Under the pieces are notes generated by a model, which saw nothing but the letters and a program-made list of their open reading frames with translations, made no database searches and was not told the origin of the DNA. A stretch of DNA of 64,000 nucleotides, from sequence record PP777464.1. One strand, given 5' to 3'. Shown piece by piece: positions 22,281 to 31,995 of the stretch; positions within the stretch are counted from its first letter, which is position 1; the number at the start of each line of letters is the position of its first letter. A program made the translations under genes and the position numbers.

Positions 22281-22697
22281 ATGACATACAACATTGTTAA
22301 AATGGTGAACTACGTATTAAAAAACAACGCATGGTCACTGCATGATGTACAATTAGAAGATATTGGTGAAGTTAGAGTTTTTTGCTATGATGACGATTTG
22401 AACGAAACCACTGATTTGAGTAAATGTTTTAATATTTTTCTTGGTTATGAAAACAATGATCGTTTTTATTCATTTGATGTGTATTTTGAACGAGTTAAAA
22501 TCAGAATTGCTAATGTAAATAGTGATTATTATGACACTGGAATTGAATTGAATTTTGACGATATAGATACTGAAGAAAAATTCTTCCAGTACTGTCTCGT
22601 AAACGATCTAAATGGATTGACATTTGAGGACATTAGTGCTATCCTTAAAGTTAAAAGATTGATTCCAGAAGAGGTTCCAAATCCGTTTAATGACTAG
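22281..22697 (+). CDS. EExxFQxS family protein
   Basis: DTEEKFFQYCLVND. Confidence 0.8.
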   Translation: MTYNIVKMVNYVLKNNAWSLHDVQLEDIGEVRVFCYDDDLNETTDLSKCFNIFLGYENNDRFYSFDVYFERVKIRIANVNSDYYDTGIELNFDDIDTEEKFFQYCLVNDLNGLTFEDISAILKVKRLIPEEVPNPFND

Positions 22698-23049
22698 TTT
22701 AATAACTCGTATAATGCAAGATGTTCGTAAGAATCTTTATACTGGTAATTTTGATGATCCTAACATAAAAATATTATGTTATGATGTATTCACACTGGTA
22801 CACCCATCTGAATCTAATAATATATACATAGCATATACTTCTCCTAATATTTTGTATCAATTTGATTTATATAGTACAATGGCTAAGATAACATTAGATG
22901 TTTCTAAGGAGCCATTTTTTATAGCAGTACATGATTTTGAGTACACAGAAGAGTCATTATTCCAGTACTCAATGATAAATGACATTGGTGACTTGACATT
23001 AGAAGAGATAAATGTTATAGTTGGTATGTGTCGTTTGATTAATCCATAA
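22690..23049 (+). CDS. EExxFQxS family protein
   Basis: YTEESLFQYSMIND. Confidence 0.8.
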   Translation: MTSLITRIMQDVRKNLYTGNFDDPNIKILCYDVFTLVHPSESNNIYIAYTSPNILYQFDLYSTMAKITLDVSKEPFFIAVHDFEYTEESLFQYSMINDIGDLTLEEINVIVGMCRLINP

Positions 23050-23062
23050 CTCGGAGCTTAAT

Positions 23063-23254
23063 ATGTTTTTGAATTTGTTATGCTTATTTGGTCGTACATT
23101 GGTTCTTGCTATTATTCATACACCTGGTATTCGTAATTATGTTTCTTATGAATTTAAGAAAAATTACCACAACAACACTGAAGTTCGTGTAACTAAGATG
23201 TGCAAAGACTTCAATGGAGATGTTCAACCATTCAAGAAGTACGAGGATGAATAA
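23063..23254 (+). CDS. small hypothetical protein
   Basis: RBS GGAG. Confidence 0.6.
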   Translation: MFLNLLCLFGRTLVLAIIHTPGIRNYVSYEFKKNYHNNTEVRVTKMCKDFNGDVQPFKKYEDE

Positions 23255-23538
23255 TGGAATTTATTGTTGCACCTGATGAACTAAAAACATTCACGTTCCG
23301 AGACAATAACAATTATCCTTATACAAATCATTCATTGAATTCATTGCATGTTATTTCAATCATTGCATCTGAATACAGAGACAATCCATGTATTGATTTT
23401 AAAACCACTGATGGTGAATATACATGGGTAGTTCCGAACGATAAATACAGTTATCAGGGTGCAGTAGAGATCCGCGACTCGATTCTAAAGCAAATCGAAG
23501 ATGGACATACTCATCCTAAACTAAACATTCAGTACTGA
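23254..23538 (+). CDS. hypothetical protein
   Basis: TAATG coupling. Confidence 0.7.
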   Translation: MEFIVAPDELKTFTFRDNNNYPYTNHSLNSLHVISIIASEYRDNPCIDFKTTDGEYTWVVPNDKYSYQGAVEIRDSILKQIEDGHTHPKLNIQY

Positions 23539-23551
23539 AATCGTTTAACCG

Positions 23552-23599
23552 GATAGCTTCTAGTCGGTACTGAATTCCTCCTTTTGTCTAGAAGCTATC
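23552..23599. other. 12-bp perfect stem with CCTCC-containing loop
   Basis: GATAGCTTCTAG-N24-CTAGAAGCTATC. Confidence 0.7.
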
Positions 23600-23697
23600 A
23601 CTCTTTTAAAGTATAATGATATCACCCTCATGGTTCATTATATTCGTTACCCTCTAACAGTATCTTTTTATTCCTCTTTGATACTGTATTTTAGAAG

Positions 23698-23760
23698 TTG
23701 ACATTTTTACTTCTACTGTGTTATACTTAAGGCTGATTCATTATGAATCGGCCTTTTTTC
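23698..23760 (+). promoter_or_regulatory. sigma70 promoter followed by terminator-like hairpin
   Basis: TTGACA-N18-TATACT; GGCTGATTCA-tta-TGAATCGGCC+T-run. Confidence 0.65.
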
Positions 23761-23777
23761 TTGTGGGGATTAATGTA

Positions 23778-24194
23778 ATGAATAAAGAAGTTATTAGTTT
23801 AATGGATGAGTATATCAACCAAACATATCGTTTTATATTTTTTAATGCATTTGAGTCCAGAACAACGTATTATTCTGGTGAATATGAGATAATAACTGGA
23901 TCATTTCTTAACGGATACATGGAGTTTTTAGAACAAAGCGATAATGTGTTCATTTCCATATCTGAAAAACATGGTAATGATTATGTTATTGATATGTGGC
24001 CTAATAAAGTAGAGATTGATACTACAAAGAAAATTGTAATTGATGTGGACGAATCATTGTATGATTTAACTGAAGATATGTACATGCAACTAAATTTCGT
24101 ATACGATCTAACTAACATAAGTTATTCTAATCTAAGTAAATTATTTTATATTTGTGGTGTACTACATAAAAACGTACAACAAAATAAAGGATAA
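23778..24194 (+). CDS. EExxFQxS family protein (divergent)
   Basis: LTEDMYMQLNFVYD; RBS GGGGA. Confidence 0.7.
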   Translation: MNKEVISLMDEYINQTYRFIFFNAFESRTTYYSGEYEIITGSFLNGYMEFLEQSDNVFISISEKHGNDYVIDMWPNKVEIDTTKKIVIDVDESLYDLTEDMYMQLNFVYDLTNISYSNLSKLFYICGVLHKNVQQNKG

Positions 24195-24266
24195 ACATTT
24201 AAATGTTGACAATTGACAACATAAATGGTATCTTTGAAATTGCCAGAACCCTACGAGGAAGATGAT

Positions 24267-24674
24267 ATGGTCAAAATTTTAAGTGACAATGCAGTTGATA
24301 TTGTCATTGATGTACTTGAAAACAGTAATACATTTGAGAAGAAACACAGTACTGTATACTTCGGTAAAGATTGCTGGTTGAGCTATATATCTGATAAATC
24401 GTTTGTAATTCGTGTTGAAACGGGTGATATTGGATTTACGGTACATGCGGCACATACCAAAACTGATAAACAAATCACTGTTATTGCTGACACGCCAAGT
24501 ATCTGGGATAGAATTGATGATTGTGAACACTACACGTCAACATTCTATGATACAGAAGAAGAACATTTCATGGATAGTACTGTTAAAGAATTAGCTATTC
24601 CATTTAAACTTATGAAAGCAGCAAGAGATTTTATTTTAAAATACAAAAAAATAGGAGTTGATGATGCAATTTAA
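24267..24674 (+). CDS. EExxFQxS family protein
   Basis: DTEEEHFMDSTVKE; RBS GAGGA. Confidence 0.75.
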   Translation: MVKILSDNAVDIVIDVLENSNTFEKKHSTVYFGKDCWLSYISDKSFVIRVETGDIGFTVHAAHTKTDKQITVIADTPSIWDRIDDCEHYTSTFYDTEEEHFMDSTVKELAIPFKLMKAARDFILKYKKIGVDDAI

Positions 24675-25110
24675 TGGTAAGGTTTCTAAAGTAGGTTTAG
24701 TTTTTGAAAATTGTGAGTTCATTGAGATTGATGTAAAGAATGTTTTATGGATGCATATTGCTGACGAGAAAACTCTTTGTAGTCGTTTTTCCAACGGTCT
24801 AACTATTAGTACTGGTATTGGTGAGTTCGGTATTGCATTGCGTAGTGATACACCATCGGATTTCATGGATAACTCTACACTGTTAGACCGTTTAAAAATG
24901 CGTGATGTTACACACGTTTATCTTTATGATACTAATGGTGTTGAACAGCGTTATGTAGTTGAATGGGCTAATTATAACCTTAGTGATCAATATTCAGTAA
25001 ACCAGCGTATTCAACTCACCCCTGGTGGTAATATTGTGTTTGTTAGTTCAACTGGTAAATTAATCAGTGTAGATGATGAAAGTATTGATCTATTCACTTC
25101 ATATAACTAA
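24658..25110 (+). CDS. hypothetical protein
   Basis: RBS AGGAG. Confidence 0.75.
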   Translation: MMMQFNGKVSKVGLVFENCEFIEIDVKNVLWMHIADEKTLCSRFSNGLTISTGIGEFGIALRSDTPSDFMDNSTLLDRLKMRDVTHVYLYDTNGVEQRYVVEWANYNLSDQYSVNQRIQLTPGGNIVFVSSTGKLISVDDESIDLFTSYN

Positions 25111-25121
25111 TACGAGATAAT

Positions 25122-25541
25122 ATGAAAACAATCAAAACACATTTCAAAGATACATGGACAGAAGTAAGTACTGGTAATATTCAAGATATTTTATACAGTA
25201 CTGAAACTATTCATGTCTATGACGAAGAGACAGCAGCGGAGCAGTTAAAGGTATTGCATCGTAGTGTAGGTGAACACACCGAGTACGGTGTTAAACATAC
25301 TCGTGAATTGGTAAGTACTGATCATATTGACACCTGTACTGTAAATCTATCAAAAGAAGAAATGTTTGATTTTATTCTAAACAATACTTTAGCAATTCAA
25401 CCAGATGGATCACTATACAGTAAAACAGATGGTACACAAGTTCGTAAAAAGTACAATGTGACCATCAATGATACGGTGATGTCTGGATATGATTTAGTTG
25501 ATGCAATCAACGAGTACGTTTCTATGCAGAGGTTGAAATGA
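25122..25541 (+). CDS. hypothetical protein
   Basis: ORF. Confidence 0.7.
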   Translation: MKTIKTHFKDTWTEVSTGNIQDILYSTETIHVYDEETAAEQLKVLHRSVGEHTEYGVKHTRELVSTDHIDTCTVNLSKEEMFDFILNNTLAIQPDGSLYSKTDGTQVRKKYNVTINDTVMSGYDLVDAINEYVSMQRLK

Positions 25542-25903
25542 TTAATCTGATATATTTTACAATTATTTGTTGCATTACTATTGTACTTTGTCGTCTAATT
25601 CATGTATACTCATATCATAAAGCGTTGAGAATCGAACAAGAGATTTACAACGAAAACCGTGAGCCAGAGCCAGAGAAGCTACCCCGCTCACCATATGCAT
25701 TGAAGCGTGAGATGCATTCCGAGAGTAAGAAGTGGGGTTATGCAATAACCAAGCATGGTTATATCTACACTGCTGCAAATGGCTATTTTCAAATTCACCA
25801 TGATCTTTCAGTTGCGATTGGAATTTTATGGGAAATGGAGGATATAGGTGGTTATGAGCGTACTAAATTTCCAAACTTACAAAATGATCCAGGAACTTCA
25901 TGA
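25538..25903 (+). CDS. membrane-anchored hypothetical protein
   Basis: N-terminal TM. Confidence 0.7.
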   Translation: MINLIYFTIICCITIVLCRLIHVYSYHKALRIEQEIYNENREPEPEKLPRSPYALKREMHSESKKWGYAITKHGYIYTAANGYFQIHHDLSVAIGILWEMEDIGGYERTKFPNLQNDPGTS

Positions 25904-25946
25904 AGAACATGATATAATTGTAGATGTAGAAAAGAAGGAAGTTGTT

Positions 25947-26057
25947 ATGAAGAAGCAAGCATACCGCATCTTAGACAACTTCTATCTTAAGGCATTTATA
26001 ATGAAGTTCTGTGCAGACGAGCACTTAACAGGACGTGTTATACGCAAGGAGTCGTAG
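25947..26057 (+). CDS. small hypothetical protein
   Basis: RBS AAGGA before ATG 25947; start uncertain. Confidence 0.5.
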   Translation: MKKQAYRILDNFYLKAFIMKFCADEHLTGRVIRKES

Positions 26058-26399
26058 ATGGACATGAGTTCAACAATTCAGTACTTGAGCGAGAATTTTG
26101 TCAAAATCATTTCACGTGGTGGTATGATTGTGCATCCTGAAACTGAAGATATGTATATCATTCGTTTTGATGCAAATTCTTATGATCAAGTACTTGTTGT
26201 TTCGAAATTAGTAGGTTATAATGAAGTCGTTCAGTTCTGCTGTACCGAGTTCGGTATCTATATTAAAGATGCAGAAACCAATGAGATTTCACATTATTTT
26301 TATCACACACTGATGGGTACTAAAGATTTTGGATTGAAATTCAATGATTTAGTACAATGTCACTATATGTTTAAAACATACCCAGCATCTGGGAAATAA
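26058..26399 (+). CDS. hypothetical protein
   Basis: RBS AAGGAG. Confidence 0.7.
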   Translation: MDMSSTIQYLSENFVKIISRGGMIVHPETEDMYIIRFDANSYDQVLVVSKLVGYNEVVQFCCTEFGIYIKDAETNEISHYFYHTLMGTKDFGLKFNDLVQCHYMFKTYPASGK

Positions 26400-26410
26400 G
26401 GAGTAACAAT

Positions 26411-27226
26411 ATGAGCAACATTTTCTTCAAAACCATTTCCTTCAAAAAAGAATCTTACTCTTACGCTTATGTAGATGGTAAAGTACTCAATATCGTTCTA
26501 GATGGTGTTGATGTGCCTGTTCAATTTACCAGTCATCAAGAAGCGATTGAGGGTGCTCAAGAGCTTAACAGCTTACTAAATGGTATTGAGAAGAAACCTG
26601 AAGTTAAATCTGACCTTGATTTATTGGTTGACAAAATTAAAAGTGGTGAACTATTATCAATTCTAGACCAGTGTAATGAAAAATTACGTGGTGTTGTTGG
26701 TGATGTACGTACTACAGTTCAAGATCGTCTACTTGAGCAAGCATTCAAAGAAGTTACTAAGAAAACTGAAGAACGTGTTGAAGGTATGATTAAAAACATT
26801 GATGACGTTCTCACTCATATGTTCACCAAGCCATACGAATCAAGTACTGATTCTGAAGAGAAACAAGAAGAACCAGTAGAACGCACCAAGCCATCTATTG
26901 TTACTAAAGTTAAACATAGTTTTGGTTCACTGGATGATGTATTTGGCTTTACAAATGTACGTGTTAGTACTGATGAAAAGCCAGAAGTTGATGAAATGCT
27001 AATTGGTGACATGACAACTGGTCAACTCAAAAAAGAGATTGATACCTTTGTTAATGAACTAATTAGTTCTGAACGTGCTGAAAATATGTTTAGCAGTATT
27101 TCAGCTAACTTCGGTAAAGAAGCAACTGAGCAAGCAGTACAGGCATTCAAAGATTTGATTTACACTGTTGCAATTGCTAATCCAGAACAAACACTGGAAG
27201 AAGTTCTACGTAAAAACTTCAAATAA
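26411..27226 (+). CDS. helical/coiled-coil hypothetical protein
   Basis: 271 aa, RBS AAGGAG. Confidence 0.75.
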   Translation: MSNIFFKTISFKKESYSYAYVDGKVLNIVLDGVDVPVQFTSHQEAIEGAQELNSLLNGIEKKPEVKSDLDLLVDKIKSGELLSILDQCNEKLRGVVGDVRTTVQDRLLEQAFKEVTKKTEERVEGMIKNIDDVLTHMFTKPYESSTDSEEKQEEPVERTKPSIVTKVKHSFGSLDDVFGFTNVRVSTDEKPEVDEMLIGDMTTGQLKKEIDTFVNELISSERAENMFSSISANFGKEATEQAVQAFKDLIYTVAIANPEQTLEEVLRKNFK

Positions 27227-27239
27227 GATATAGATAAAA

Positions 27240-27270
27240 GAAAAGCCACTACATTGTAGTGGCTTTTTTG
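27240..27270. terminator. bidirectional terminator
   Basis: aaaagccact-acattgt-agtggctttttt between convergent genes. Confidence 0.85.
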
Positions 27271-28428
27271 TTATGCGTTATAACCAACAATGACTACAGT
27301 ACAGCCAAATGGTTCAACAACTTTTAATACAACATTATCATCGGCATCTAGTTCAACTTCACTTAGTACAACGTGATTGTCTTCAGCATAGACTTGAACT
27401 TGTGGGAGGATTTTACCATGTTCACTGGCAGGAATGGACAGTGTGTACATAGAATCACCATCATCTACCCAATCACTATCAGTATACGTGTTGTGATATG
27501 GAGTGGTGTGTAAGGTTTTACCAATAATACTCAATGAGATTGGAGCATCATCAGTTTGGTACACAGTAATATTACCGCTAGGATCTACAATGAGGTCTAC
27601 TCCAATTTGGAATAAATCACCACTGTATGCTTGTAGAGCAAGATACTCACCACGTTCATGCACAGTAGCTGGTACAGTTGCCATGTACATACCATCGGAC
27701 GTGTACTCAAACTGAGATAGAAGTACTGAAGTAACGAAGTCAATATCTTCGCCGCTTTCTAGTATATCAAATTCAATAGTTTTGGTATTATATATGTCAG
27801 AAGTGAGTATGATGGTTCCTTTACCGGATTGAGTAATTGGATCAACTGGAATACTAAAAACATCATCAATTATTTCAGTTGTGAAGTACTCGGTTCCGTC
27901 AGGAAGTATAACGGTAATACGCATTCCAGTTGTATCAATGGCTGAACCTGCGTTGAATAGGCGACCACCTACCAAATCATCACCTACGAACGTTGGGAAC
28001 ATAAGGATGTTGTCTATATCTCTATCTATAATCCCGCATTCAGGGGTGTACATATTATATAGTGTTTGTGAACTACCTAGAATTGTTTTGTGCAAAAGAA
28101 ACTTATAAACAAACCCAGTAGGATCTGATTCAAGTTTAGCATCTGAGTATCCTCTTACGAAAAAAGAGTTCTTTCTTATTTCACTTAGGATTTGGTCATT
28201 AGTTTTGTTGTAGTTTAATTGATATCCTTGTATATCCTTTGTTGTAATTTGTACTTTACGATAAATTACATTACTTACAGGATCAAGTAAATCATATAAT
28301 CTATGGCTTCTCTGACGATAGATTCGAACATTTTTGAGTTTAGTCCCATCGTTGAGAATTGCACCATCGACTACATATCCACATTCACCGAACTTATATT
28401 GTCCAGCAGCAGCAATCGATCTTGACAT
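27271..28428 (-). CDS. putative virion/structural protein with two repeated C-terminal beta modules
   Basis: RBS GGAGG; late-type motif; repeats Y..T.PA..H.....Q.Y. Confidence 0.7.
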   Translation of the reverse strand: MSRSIAAAGQYKFGECGYVVDGAILNDGTKLKNVRIYRQRSHRLYDLLDPVSNVIYRKVQITTKDIQGYQLNYNKTNDQILSEIRKNSFFVRGYSDAKLESDPTGFVYKFLLHKTILGSSQTLYNMYTPECGIIDRDIDNILMFPTFVGDDLVGGRLFNAGSAIDTTGMRITVILPDGTEYFTTEIIDDVFSIPVDPITQSGKGTIILTSDIYNTKTIEFDILESGEDIDFVTSVLLSQFEYTSDGMYMATVPATVHERGEYLALQAYSGDLFQIGVDLIVDPSGNITVYQTDDAPISLSIIGKTLHTTPYHNTYTDSDWVDDGDSMYTLSIPASEHGKILPQVQVYAEDNHVVLSEVELDADDNVVLKVVEPFGCTVVIVGYNA

Positions 28429-28450
28429 TCATCCCTCCATTGGTATAATT

Positions 28451-28465
28451 ATTATAACGTATTTA
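28451..28465 (-). promoter_or_regulatory. putative late promoter TAAATA-N3-TATAAT
   Basis: Same motif before 58645, 61705, 62913 starts. Confidence 0.6.
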
Positions 28466-28488
28466 TTCTAGATAGGTAAAAAAGCACC

Positions 28489-28517
28489 TTGACTGAGTTG
28501 TGTTTTTGACGTATACT
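28489..28517 (+). promoter_or_regulatory. sigma70 promoter
   Basis: TTGACT-N17-TATACT. Confidence 0.75.
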
Positions 28518-28544
28518 TAAATGGAATATCAATAAGGGGATTTT

Positions 28545-29129
28545 ATGAGTGTTGTAGAAAAACGTTTAGTACTGAAAAATGGTAAAATGACTGTTAAGCT
28601 ATACAAAGATGAAGCTGATTCTTTTATGGCTAAAGCAATTGAGAAATCCGAACGATATAAAATTCTTGCACCTGCAAGTAAATCGCCGTATGGGTTTAAT
28701 CACGCTCACAGTCATTTTGTTGGTATGGTATGTGAACATGCTTCATTTGTACTTTTTAATGAAATTGAAAACTATTCAGGTATTGCACTTAACATCGATC
28801 CAGCGTTCCAAAGTGATGGACGTGATGGGGAATGTGATATCAAAGTAAACAACTTAAGAATTGAAGTGAAAGGTATCAAGTACAAATCGTGGACCGACTT
28901 TGGACCATGTGTTAGTACTCGACAGTTAAAAAATATACAGAAAAAAGCTGACGTTATTCTGTGGGTATTGTATAATGAGAAAAAGCAAGAATTCACATTT
29001 GAGGGATTCAACTATGTAAAAGACATTAGTTCGATTCCAGTTGTGCTAACAGGTGTACCAGGGCGACCAATGATTGAAAATCACCCAGTACTGAGTATTA
29101 TTAAACCACTTCAGGAGTTACCATTATGA
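28545..29129 (+). CDS. PD-(D/E)XK nuclease-like protein
   Basis: GMVCEH...DGECD...IEVK. Confidence 0.65.
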   Translation: MSVVEKRLVLKNGKMTVKLYKDEADSFMAKAIEKSERYKILAPASKSPYGFNHAHSHFVGMVCEHASFVLFNEIENYSGIALNIDPAFQSDGRDGECDIKVNNLRIEVKGIKYKSWTDFGPCVSTRQLKNIQKKADVILWVLYNEKKQEFTFEGFNYVKDISSIPVVLTGVPGRPMIENHPVLSIIKPLQELPL

Positions 29130-29353
29130 TTCAGGCAACTGTATATCAAGATATTAATGAAGAATTTAATTCTAAAATTGCATTTTTATCCTTTCCCGTA
29201 TTGCCAGCTATTGGTGCTACGTTGAATCTTACAATCTGTGGCTTTGAAAAATACTATGAAGTACTAGATATTGAGTACTGTGCAGATGTTTATTCATGCA
29301 ACAGTGAGATTGCTATTCCTGTGCAAATCGACATTATTGTAAAAGAGGTTTGA
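29126..29353 (+). CDS. hypothetical protein
   Basis: RBS AGGAG. Confidence 0.7.
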   Translation: MIQATVYQDINEEFNSKIAFLSFPVLPAIGATLNLTICGFEKYYEVLDIEYCADVYSCNSEIAIPVQIDIIVKEV

Positions 29354-29814
29354 TTATGTTTAAACACTTTCTAGTAATCACTGCTGTTGTATTCAGTACT
29401 TCCTGCTTTGTAGCACCAGTACATGCGGAAGACCAGCGTCAAACAATCAAGACGATTGGAACAGGGAAAGCCCAACCAAAACGTACTGCTGAAGAATACA
29501 TGCCTGAGATGCGTGAACGTTACCGCCAGCAATACCGTGAAAAACATGCTAATGATAAGCCTATCAAAAAGCATAAATGGAATGTAGTCAAATCGCCATC
29601 GTTCTGTGCTGGGTATGCTAAGGTTAAGGATGAACAGCACAACAAACAGTACTATAAAGATATGTACACATTCTATGATTCGAGGATCTCGGATGATGAC
29701 ATGATGGCTGCTAAGGTTGATAAAGAAGAATTTCTTCAGGGTTATGACATGACCGATGATGACAAGATCATGGAATGTGTTGAAGTATATGAAAAATACA
29801 GAGGTTTTGAATGA
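29350..29814 (+). CDS. putative exported protein
   Basis: Sec signal peptide ending VHA; two Cys. Confidence 0.7.
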   Translation: MIMFKHFLVITAVVFSTSCFVAPVHAEDQRQTIKTIGTGKAQPKRTAEEYMPEMRERYRQQYREKHANDKPIKKHKWNVVKSPSFCAGYAKVKDEQHNKQYYKDMYTFYDSRISDDDMMAAKVDKEEFLQGYDMTDDDKIMECVEVYEKYRGFE

Positions 29815-30254
29815 CACTTTTGCTGATTCTAGGTTTATTAGTGTCATATTTCATTTTTCTTAACATCTTCTCTGATGCATCACATTTTGCATATGCTTCA
29901 GCTATTGCAAAACACGAAGGGATAAAGAAGTATATTCCTGCATTGTTATTCTCATATATGTACCATCCAAGGTACTTTACACTAGGTGTGTTTGACAAGT
30001 ATGTATACGACGAAAAAGCACTCAATGAAATTGAATACTTTGTAAGAACTCATGCTAATAACAATACAAAATCATTAATTAACTTTACTGATAATCGTAA
30101 ACGTGTTAGTATTAGAAGTGACTTGTATCCTACCAGTCACTTTCATCTAGGCGATTGTAGTGTGTACAGGGTTAGATACGAAAACTTACTGTTACCACCA
30201 TCACATATAAGATACATAGAAAAATACTTGTTGAAATGTGTTGACTCCAAATAG
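29811..30254 (+). CDS. membrane-anchored hypothetical protein
   Basis: N-terminal TM. Confidence 0.7.
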   Translation: MTLLLILGLLVSYFIFLNIFSDASHFAYASAIAKHEGIKKYIPALLFSYMYHPRYFTLGVFDKYVYDEKALNEIEYFVRTHANNNTKSLINFTDNRKRVSIRSDLYPTSHFHLGDCSVYRVRYENLLLPPSHIRYIEKYLLKCVDSK

Positions 30255-30270
30255 TAAATGGCAGTATAAT
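30241..30270 (+). promoter_or_regulatory. sigma70 promoter
   Basis: TTGACT-N18-TATAAT. Confidence 0.7.
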
Positions 30271-30307
30271 AGCTTCGTACCGCAATAACTGACAAGAGGA
30301 TTTAACG

Positions 30308-30766
30308 ATGGACGTATTAGCTACTCAATTCAAACGCAACGCAGAAGAACGCGAAGGTTACCTAAGTATCAGTGAAGTGGTTGAAGATGGATTCAAGCAG
30401 TACATTTTCAACAGTGCAATTAAACTGAAGCCAACAAAAGATTCACCGGATCGCAGCTTCACAAAGTGGATTGCATTCTGGGAAGAGTCACCAATTGCAA
30501 TCGAAATGACTGTCATTACTACAGTACTGGAAACTGGTTACATCAAAGCAATTGTAGTTGATAAGAAAGTTCGTACTCTTGATGAAATCGGGACATATCC
30601 AGCACGTAACTCTAAAGTATTTGGGTGTTTAGTTGATGGTAAGTTTATGATTGAAAAAGATGCTAAGAACTATGTAATTGATAAACTACAAACCAGTGCT
30701 ACTAAACAGGAAGTCGTAGACCAGAACGCAGTGGATGCTATTAAAAAGGCATGGGGACTGAAATAA
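30308..30766 (+). CDS. hypothetical protein
   Basis: RBS GAGGA. Confidence 0.75.
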   Translation: MDVLATQFKRNAEEREGYLSISEVVEDGFKQYIFNSAIKLKPTKDSPDRSFTKWIAFWEESPIAIEMTVITTVLETGYIKAIVVDKKVRTLDEIGTYPARNSKVFGCLVDGKFMIEKDAKNYVIDKLQTSATKQEVVDQNAVDAIKKAWGLK

Positions 30767-31188
30767 TGTTCACACTTAGCAATGCAAAGTATCTATTTCT
30801 TATTGCTATTATTGGTTGGGTTATGGCTCCAGTGCTTAATGCACTGGGGTTTCTAGACGGACATAAACTTGTAAATGTTTCAGGTGTAATCCAGGGCATT
30901 TCATGGTATTCATTGATTATATTTTCTATATGTATTCATACATTTGCACGTGATTACCGCCGTCTGCTTTTTGTTAAAGTATTCGGTACTAAGAGATATA
31001 GTTTTGTGTTTACATTTATTTTAATACCATGTATTATCTATGCTTTTGTATTTGATTACTATACTTATCTGTGGGTGTGTGGTTCTATGTTTGTTATGTT
31101 GGAATATACAAGAACTGTTCAAAACTCATATGCTGATGAGTATTATGATCTTGAAGTTAAACGAAAATTAACGGAGCTAAACAAATGA
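30751..31188 (+). CDS. multi-pass membrane protein
   Basis: 4 hydrophobic segments. Confidence 0.7.
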   Translation: MGTEIMFTLSNAKYLFLIAIIGWVMAPVLNALGFLDGHKLVNVSGVIQGISWYSLIIFSICIHTFARDYRRLLFVKVFGTKRYSFVFTFILIPCIIYAFVFDYYTYLWVCGSMFVMLEYTRTVQNSYADEYYDLEVKRKLTELNK

Positions 31189-31610
31189 GGGGATACAATA
31201 AGATTTGTATTTTTGTATTTTTAGTTTGTGCAATCAATACATTTGGATATTACTGTACTGAAAACAACATTTCATATGGTTTAAATCCTTTGTGGTTTAC
31301 AATTGCCAATGTAGCACAAATTGGTATTGCTGTTATGTCTGCACTTATGTTCTGTCCAATTGTCACTATGGATACTGATCATGAAAGGCTTGGATTTATC
31401 CGTGATACTGGAGACGAACCTTACAGTAGATTGATTGTGTTGTATCCATTTATTGTTATTTTAGGTACTAACATCCAACTTGGGTCTTTATCTAATAGTG
31501 TTACTTCAGCAGCCATTACAGTCTTTGCATTCACATTTTTTATGGTACACAAATCAGTACTCAAATGGCACATCACCAAAATGGCAGAGAAAGGTACGGA
31601 AAACAGTTGA
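31185..31610 (+). CDS. multi-pass membrane protein
   Basis: 4 hydrophobic segments. Confidence 0.7.
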   Translation: MRGYNKICIFVFLVCAINTFGYYCTENNISYGLNPLWFTIANVAQIGIAVMSALMFCPIVTMDTDHERLGFIRDTGDEPYSRLIVLYPFIVILGTNIQLGSLSNSVTSAAITVFAFTFFMVHKSVLKWHITKMAEKGTENS

Positions 31611-31635
31611 CGTGAGTTATTGAGTCATATATAAT
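31607..31635 (+). promoter_or_regulatory. sigma70 promoter
   Basis: TTGACG-N17-TATAAT. Confidence 0.7.
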
Positions 31636-31669
31636 TATTACATCAAAACGGGGAAATGGTAAGGAACTT

Positions 31670-31921
31670 ATGAACATCGATAAGGTCAAAGAACTTAGTG
31701 AAGCACTAATTAAGAACGAAGAAGCTTGTGAAGAACTTCGCAGTACTATCAAAGTTGAGTACGCACGTCTTCAAGCTATGCTTCAGGAATCCGAATGGGT
31801 TGTAACTAAATCCATCGAAGCTATCTATAAGGATATCGAATCCCTTTTCAATAAGAAAAGTAAGTTTGAATCTGATTCATATAACAAGCGTAAAGAATTG
31901 AATTCAGTACTCGGTATCTAA
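31670..31921 (+). CDS. coiled-coil hypothetical protein
   Basis: RBS AAGGA. Confidence 0.7.
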   Translation: MNIDKVKELSEALIKNEEACEELRSTIKVEYARLQAMLQESEWVVTKSIEAIYKDIESLFNKKSKFESDSYNKRKELNSVLGI

Positions 31922-31927
31922 AAGTAT

Positions 31928-31963
31928 TTGACTTAAACAATAACATGGAGTACAATGTGCTCC
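31928..31963 (+). promoter_or_regulatory. sigma70 promoter with inverted repeat over -10
   Basis: TTGACT-N17-TACAAT; GGAGTAC-aat-GTGCTCC. Confidence 0.7.
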
Positions 31964-31995
31964 TAATTTAATTATCAGCTAAAAAGGAAAACATT

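Noticed and set aside
29371-29847. 158-aa antisense ORF
   Set aside because: Shadow of the signal-peptide gene 29350-29814; no RBS or promoter. Same reasoning for other fully overlapping antisense ORFs (e.g. 4389, 27503, 27881, 47157, 60241, 62210).
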